From: Blastocladiella emersonii ATCC 22665
Taxonomy: Eukaryota; Fungi; Blastocladiomycota
Assembly (NCBI GenBank): GCA_025594325.1
Contig: JANHCV010000001.1
Location: forward strand, 4,650,001 to 4,714,000
Length of the DNA: 64,000 bases
Direction of reading: 5' to 3'
Part shown: piece after piece, positions 59,242 through 64,000 of the stretch
Numbering within the stretch: position 1 is the first letter of the stretch
How the letters are laid out: every line of letters starts with the position of its first letter
The notes under the pieces: generated by a model
What the model was told of the DNA's origin: nothing
Databases searched by the model: none
What the model saw: only the letters and a program-made list of their open reading frames with translations
Made by a program: the position numbers and the translations under genes

Positions 59242-60467
59242 TCACACAGAAAGATTCCCCGTCGACGACAACGCGTCCGCCGCGCGCCTTCCCCCCTCGC
59301 CCTCGCCCTCGCCGTCCGGCCCCACGAGCCAGTCAACCGTGTCCGTGAGATCCGGGATCCGGCGGAGCAGCGCCATGCGGTTCTTGTACTCGACGTTTTT
59401 CCCGTGCGGCAGCGTGCGCGCGGGGCGGATGCGCAGGTCGATGAGCGACTTGATGTCGGACATGACGCCCTGCGGGAGCTGCCGCGACACGGTCTTGACG
59501 AGCGCGGCCATGGCCTCGCGCACGCCGCGGCCCGTCAGCGAGCTGACCTCAAAGTACTCGGCGCCGTGGTCCTGCGCCCACGCCTGCGCGTCGTCCGACG
59601 ACACGGCGCGTTTCGTCTGCACGGTGCGCGAGCCCGACCGCGCCTTGTCGAGCGGCAGGCCCATGTTTGCACCCCCGCCGCCGGTGCCTGCGGCGGCGGC
59701 CGAGGACGGGGTCAGTACGTTGACGAGGCCTGCCGTGATGTTGACCATGGACGTCGCGGCCGACGACGCGTTGCTGACGGGCTGCGGCGTCCCGTTGAAC
59801 TCGTCGGCGAGGTCCGCCTTGTTGGCCACGACGATCACGGGCCGCCGGAACTGGCCGTCCGTGTTGAGCAGGTGGAACGCCGCGATCCACGCGTTCAGGC
59901 TCGCGAAAGATGCGGCGTCGGTCACTACAGGCGGCTCCGTGAGACAAGGAAGGGATATGCTCGCGGAAGAGCGTGCCATCAAACAGCAGAATGAACGCAG
60001 TAGCGGACTCGGCCGACAGCCGCGCCGTCAACGCCATGGTCGATGCGTGGCCGGGCGGGTCCCAGAACTCGACGCGGACCGAGTAGCCGTGCACGGGGAA
60101 GTTGGCGGACTGGAAACGTTGCCGGTCAGCACATCGTTGCAACCGATACATGTAGCCGTCGCACCTTGAACACGACGATATCCGGCTTCACCGGTCCATT
60201 GTGCGTCGAGTACGGCTGGCCCGACGCGGTGCCCACAAAGTCGCTCTTTCCCGTGCCCGCGTCGCCGAGCACGATGACGCGGTACTCAAAAATGACATTC
60301 TCCTCTTCTTCCTGCTGCTGCGCGTTCTTCCCGCGCTTGCGGTTCCCGAGCCGCCCTTGCTGCCGGCCCGAGTCGTTGTTCTCGTCGCCCTCGCCCGCCT
60401 CGTAGTCGGCGGCAAGCGGCTCGTCTGACAGACTGCCGCGCTGGCTGTCGCTGTTCGAGTTATTCAT
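59242..60467 (-). CDS. Divergent Rab-like small GTPase; two introns, one GC-AG
   Basis: G1 GDAGTGKS, G3 WDPPGH, FDVTD..SF after splicing, G4 VANKADL, G5 FEVSS. No C-terminal Cys prenylation motif. Confidence 0.8.
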
Positions 60468-60735
60468 TGCAGAGTGTTACAGGTGACGTTTTAAGGAGAG
60501 GGTCGACGTACGAGGCTCGAAAGCAGGCCGATCCCAAAACGCGTCGAAACGCGTGGTCGCGTGAGATCGTGTGACCACGCGTTTCGTCTCCTGTCCCCCG
60601 TCGCGCGACGCGTCTCGCCCGCCCGCGCCACTCGCGAGACGCATCGTGCGACCTCTCATCGCTCGTCCAAACGCAAAACCTAACGAATCAAACGAACCCG
60701 CCCGTCCTGGCTCATTGCAACGCATCACCATCACC

Positions 60736-61714
60736 ATGTCCACCACCGCGTCGGCCACGCCGCAGCAGCTGCACTCGCTCGTGAAATACGACAACCCGCA
60801 GCTCGTGTCCAAGACGTCCTCGTCGTCGTCGGGCGCCGGGAGCCACGACAAGACGCCGCACAAGGCGGCCATCGGGACCCACGATGCCAAGGGCGGCAAT
60901 GGCGCGGGCGCCGGCGGGAACCGGCCGACGTCCCCGAGCAAGGCCAAGCTGCCGCCCGTCGATGATAAGGGCGGGCGCGCCAAGTCGCCGACACAGACCG
61001 AGGATATTCTCAACAGCATTCTGCCGCCGCGGTACGGTTCGGGACGCGGGGTCGCTTGGCGGTGCCGCAGGGACTAATTCCATTGCGTGTAGCGAGTGGG
61101 AGGAGACGGGCCAGCTGTGGATCCAGCGCGTGTCGAGCACACCGGCGACGCGGCTCGACGTCATCAACCTGCAAGAGCAGCTCGACCAGATGCTGCAGAA
61201 GCGGCAGGCGCGCGAGACTGGCATTTGTCCCGTGCGCCGTGAGCTGTACAGCCAATGCTTTGGTACGCGCGATGGGCGGCGATGCCTGATTCGTCGAAGA
61301 CTAACGCGAAGTTACACGCGTGTGTGTGTAGACGAGCTCATCCGCCAGGTGACGATCAGCTGCCAGGAGCGCGGCCTGCTGCTGCTGCGAGTGCGCGACG
61401 AGATCCGCATGTCAATTGCGGCGTACCAGACGCTGTACGAGTCGTCGGTGGCATTCGGGATGCGCAAGGCGCTCATGGCCGAGTGGGGCAAGGCCGAGAT
61501 GGAGAACGCCATCAAGTCGCTCGAGGACGAGAAGAAGGCGCTCGAGACGCAGGTGGCCGAGCTCAAGGCCAAGTGCGAGGCCATCGAGAAGCGCGAGGCC
61601 GAGCGCCGCGCCATGGACGAGCGCAAGCACGCTGAGGAGATCGCCTTCATGAAGAAGACAAACCTGCAGCTCAAGACGCAGCTCGAGGGCATCCTGGCGC
61701 CACAGAAGAAGTGA
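60736..61714 (+). CDS. DNALI1: Axonemal inner-arm dynein light intermediate chain p28; two introns
   Basis: SLVKYDNP, TEDILNSILPPREW, VSSTPATRLDVINLQEQLD, ARETGICPVRRELYSQCFDELIRQVTI, RGLLLLRVRDE, YQTLYESSVAFGMRKAL. Confidence 0.97.
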
Positions 61715-62004
61715 GAGCCGCGCGTCCTTGTCTTTTTATACGATGCATTCACGACTATTCTTGCTGCCCCGCGCGGTGCTGAGGTACTGACAGAGAAGAA
61801 CGTCCGCCCAGGGAACCCCTGGTCCGCCCGTGTCGAGAGGGGACGCGTCGCGCCACACCAGCTGATCATCACGTCAGCGGAGCGGTTGCGCCGGCCCGGT
61901 CGCTGAGCCGACTGTTCCTCGCATTCTCGCCTCTTTCCCTCCCAGCAACGACCGTATTCTGCCCTGTGTCTCATCGATAGCGCGACGAAACTCGCTGCAC
62001 TGCC

Positions 62005-63899
62005 ATGTCATCGACCAACGCCGTCCATCCCGCGGCATCGGCGGCGTCGCCCGGGACCGGCGGGCCCAAGGCAGCCATCGCCTCTCACGGCTCGGGCCAC
62101 CACCATGCATCGAGTTCGTCATCCGCCAACCGGCCACACCATGACCCCGCACACACATCCTACGAGCCGACGCAGGAACCCGAGGGTCTCATGGCGTGGC
62201 TCGCCGTGAACTGGCGGCTCGCGCGGTCGTTCCTGTGCACCCTGTACATTCTGACGGGCGCGGGCGTCATCTACCTGTTCTCGAGCTACGCGACGCAGCT
62301 GCGCGACCGGCTCGGGTGCTCGCAGCTGCAGCTGTCGCAGCTCGCGAGCTCGGGGAACCTCGGGGTGCGCTCCATCCGCCCCGCGAATCGCTACTCCCAA
62401 CGCTGACGCCCTGCCCCAACTCGGTAGCTCTACCTCGCCGGCCCGTTCATGGGCTTCTTCATCGACCGGTACGGCCCGCGGCCCATCGCCGTACTGAGCA
62501 CGCTGCTCATGTTCGCGAGCTTCGCCGCGGTGCGGCACGCGTACGCGGCAGCGCCGGACACCATCTCGCCCGACTCGGCCCCCGCGACGCCGCCGGGCGT
62601 GCTCGCCCTCTTCTACGTGTTCCTGGGCATCGGGTCGAGCGGCGTGACGCTGTCGTCGGTCGCGCTCAACGTGCGCTCGTTCCCGGCGGCGATCCGCGGG
62701 TTCGCGGTCGGCGTGCCCGTCTCCTTCTACGGGCTCTCGGCGTTCGTGTTTGTCCAGATCAAGCGCAAGTGGTTCGAGAGCGCCGACGAGCCCGTCGTGG
62801 GGATGCTCGGGTTCCTCACCGCGATCACGGCGTTTTTGGGGGTCGGGTTCGTCATTGCGGCGCTCGCTATGTGGGAGGTGCCCCGCACAGATGTCGAGGA
62901 GGTGAGCGAGGCCGAGGCGGCGGTGCTCGTCGACGACGAGGAGACGGTCGTCGGCGGTACGGTGGCCGACGAGTCGACTGTGGTCCCGACCGCGCGCGGG
63001 CTCGGCGAGTACCTCCGCCAGATCCGCAGCTGGGTCCTGTTCGCCGTGTTCTTCCTGGCCGCCGGCACTGGGCTCATGTACGTCACATTCCCGCTTCTAC
63101 TAAACGAAACTGACCCCCGCCGCCTCGTAGGGTGATCGGCAACATCGGCGCTGTCGTCCTCGCGCTTTCTCCGCGCGGCGCGCGGTCCACGGACCCGCTG
63201 GTGCAGGCGCGGCAGGGCACGCAGGTCGCGGTGCTGTCGCTGTTCAACGCGGCGGGCCGCGTCGTTTCGGGCATGGGCAGCGACCGCACGGGTCCCGCGA
63301 CGCGCCCGTGGTGGCTACTCGGGTCGCTGTCCGTCATGACACTGGCCTCGCTCTTCATCACCAGCGGCGCGCTCCCATCCTCCGGCTCCGACGCGTCGTG
63401 GGAGCTTCCGCTCGCCGTGACGACCGCCGTGATCGGGTACGCGTACGGGACTCTGTGGAGCCTGTGCCCGGCGATCGTCGCCGAGTGGATCGCGCCGGCC
63501 AAGTTCGGGTCCGTTTGGGGGTTCATGACGTGCGTGCCGGCCCTGTCGCAGCAGGTCACGAACACGGTGTTCGGTGCGCTCTACGACAGCCACCGCGGGG
63601 CCGACGGCGGCGAGTGTCACGGCACCGAGTGCTTCCGCGCCGCGTACGTGGTCACGGCGGCCATGTGTGTCGTCGGTGCCGGGTGCGCGCTCGTGCTCGC
63701 GCTCGGGTGGGTGCCCGGGTCGCGGCTCGGCGGAACGACGCGGTACGTTCCCGTTGCGGACGAGGACGAGCTCAGCGCGGCGGCGAGCAGCGGTCGGAGC
63801 GCGGGAGCCACGGCAGCGACGCAACGCGTCCCCGCGCCGTTCGTTACCAGCGAAAACGGCGACCGGTCGCCGCTGCTCGAGCCGCCGCGGCCCGTGTAG
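62005..63899 (+). CDS. MFS transporter, Mch1/nodulin-like family; two introns
   Basis: GVIYLFSSYATQLRDRLG, GFFIDRYGPR, NVRSFPAAIRGFAVG, SLFNAAGRVVSG.GSD, YGTLWSL.PAIV; many TM helices. Confidence 0.88.
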
Positions 63900-63943
63900 T
63901 CGGCCGGTGTCGTTTTTTGAATCTAATTTATTGTTTACTCCAA

Positions 63944-64000
63944 CTACCGCGCCTCGTCGGGAATGTACTCGGTGAGGTCGACGTCAAGCAGCGTCTTGAC
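63944..64000 (-). CDS. 3' end of a gene entering from beyond the window
   Basis: The minus strand reads VKTLLDVDLTEYIPDEAR* with coding-like codons; too short to identify. Confidence 0.4.
   Translation of the reverse strand, partial: VKTLLDVDLTEYIPDEAR

Overview
GC-rich, gene-dense eukaryotic DNA with short (mostly 50-75 nt) GT-AG introns and CTGAC/CTAAC-like branch points. The gene set (axonemal dynein light intermediate chain p28/DNALI1, fused BIO3-BIO1, PAN3, Crz1-type zinc fingers, zizimin-type DOCK, tetraspanin) suggests a flagellated fungus-like organism, probably a zoosporic fungus (inference). About 25 protein-coding loci are recognisable; no rRNA, tRNA, CRISPR array or intact transposon was seen. 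The main structural feature is a ~6.8 kb inverted repeat (about 9607-16397 / 18756-25546; paired coordinates always sum to 35153). It duplicates most of a DOCK GEF gene plus a whole tetraspanin gene around a 2.36 kb spacer holding one Q/A/P-rich repeat-protein gene. The outer breakpoint lies in DOCK intron 1. The second copy has its own GTATGT donor and an in-frame candidate first exon, so the palindrome may encode two DOCK proteins differing only at the N-terminus. A second ~430 bp inverted duplication copies the 3' end of a type III glutamine synthetase gene, which itself shows a frameshift and an EQEYF-to-EQGYF change. Other points of interest: a long, nested-stem intron in Ran; a Phactr-like RPEL protein; a TRAF7-like RING/WD40 protein; and a divergent Rab-like GTPase head-to-head with DNALI1. 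All coordinates were counted by hand, and an assembly artefact cannot be excluded for the large repeat.
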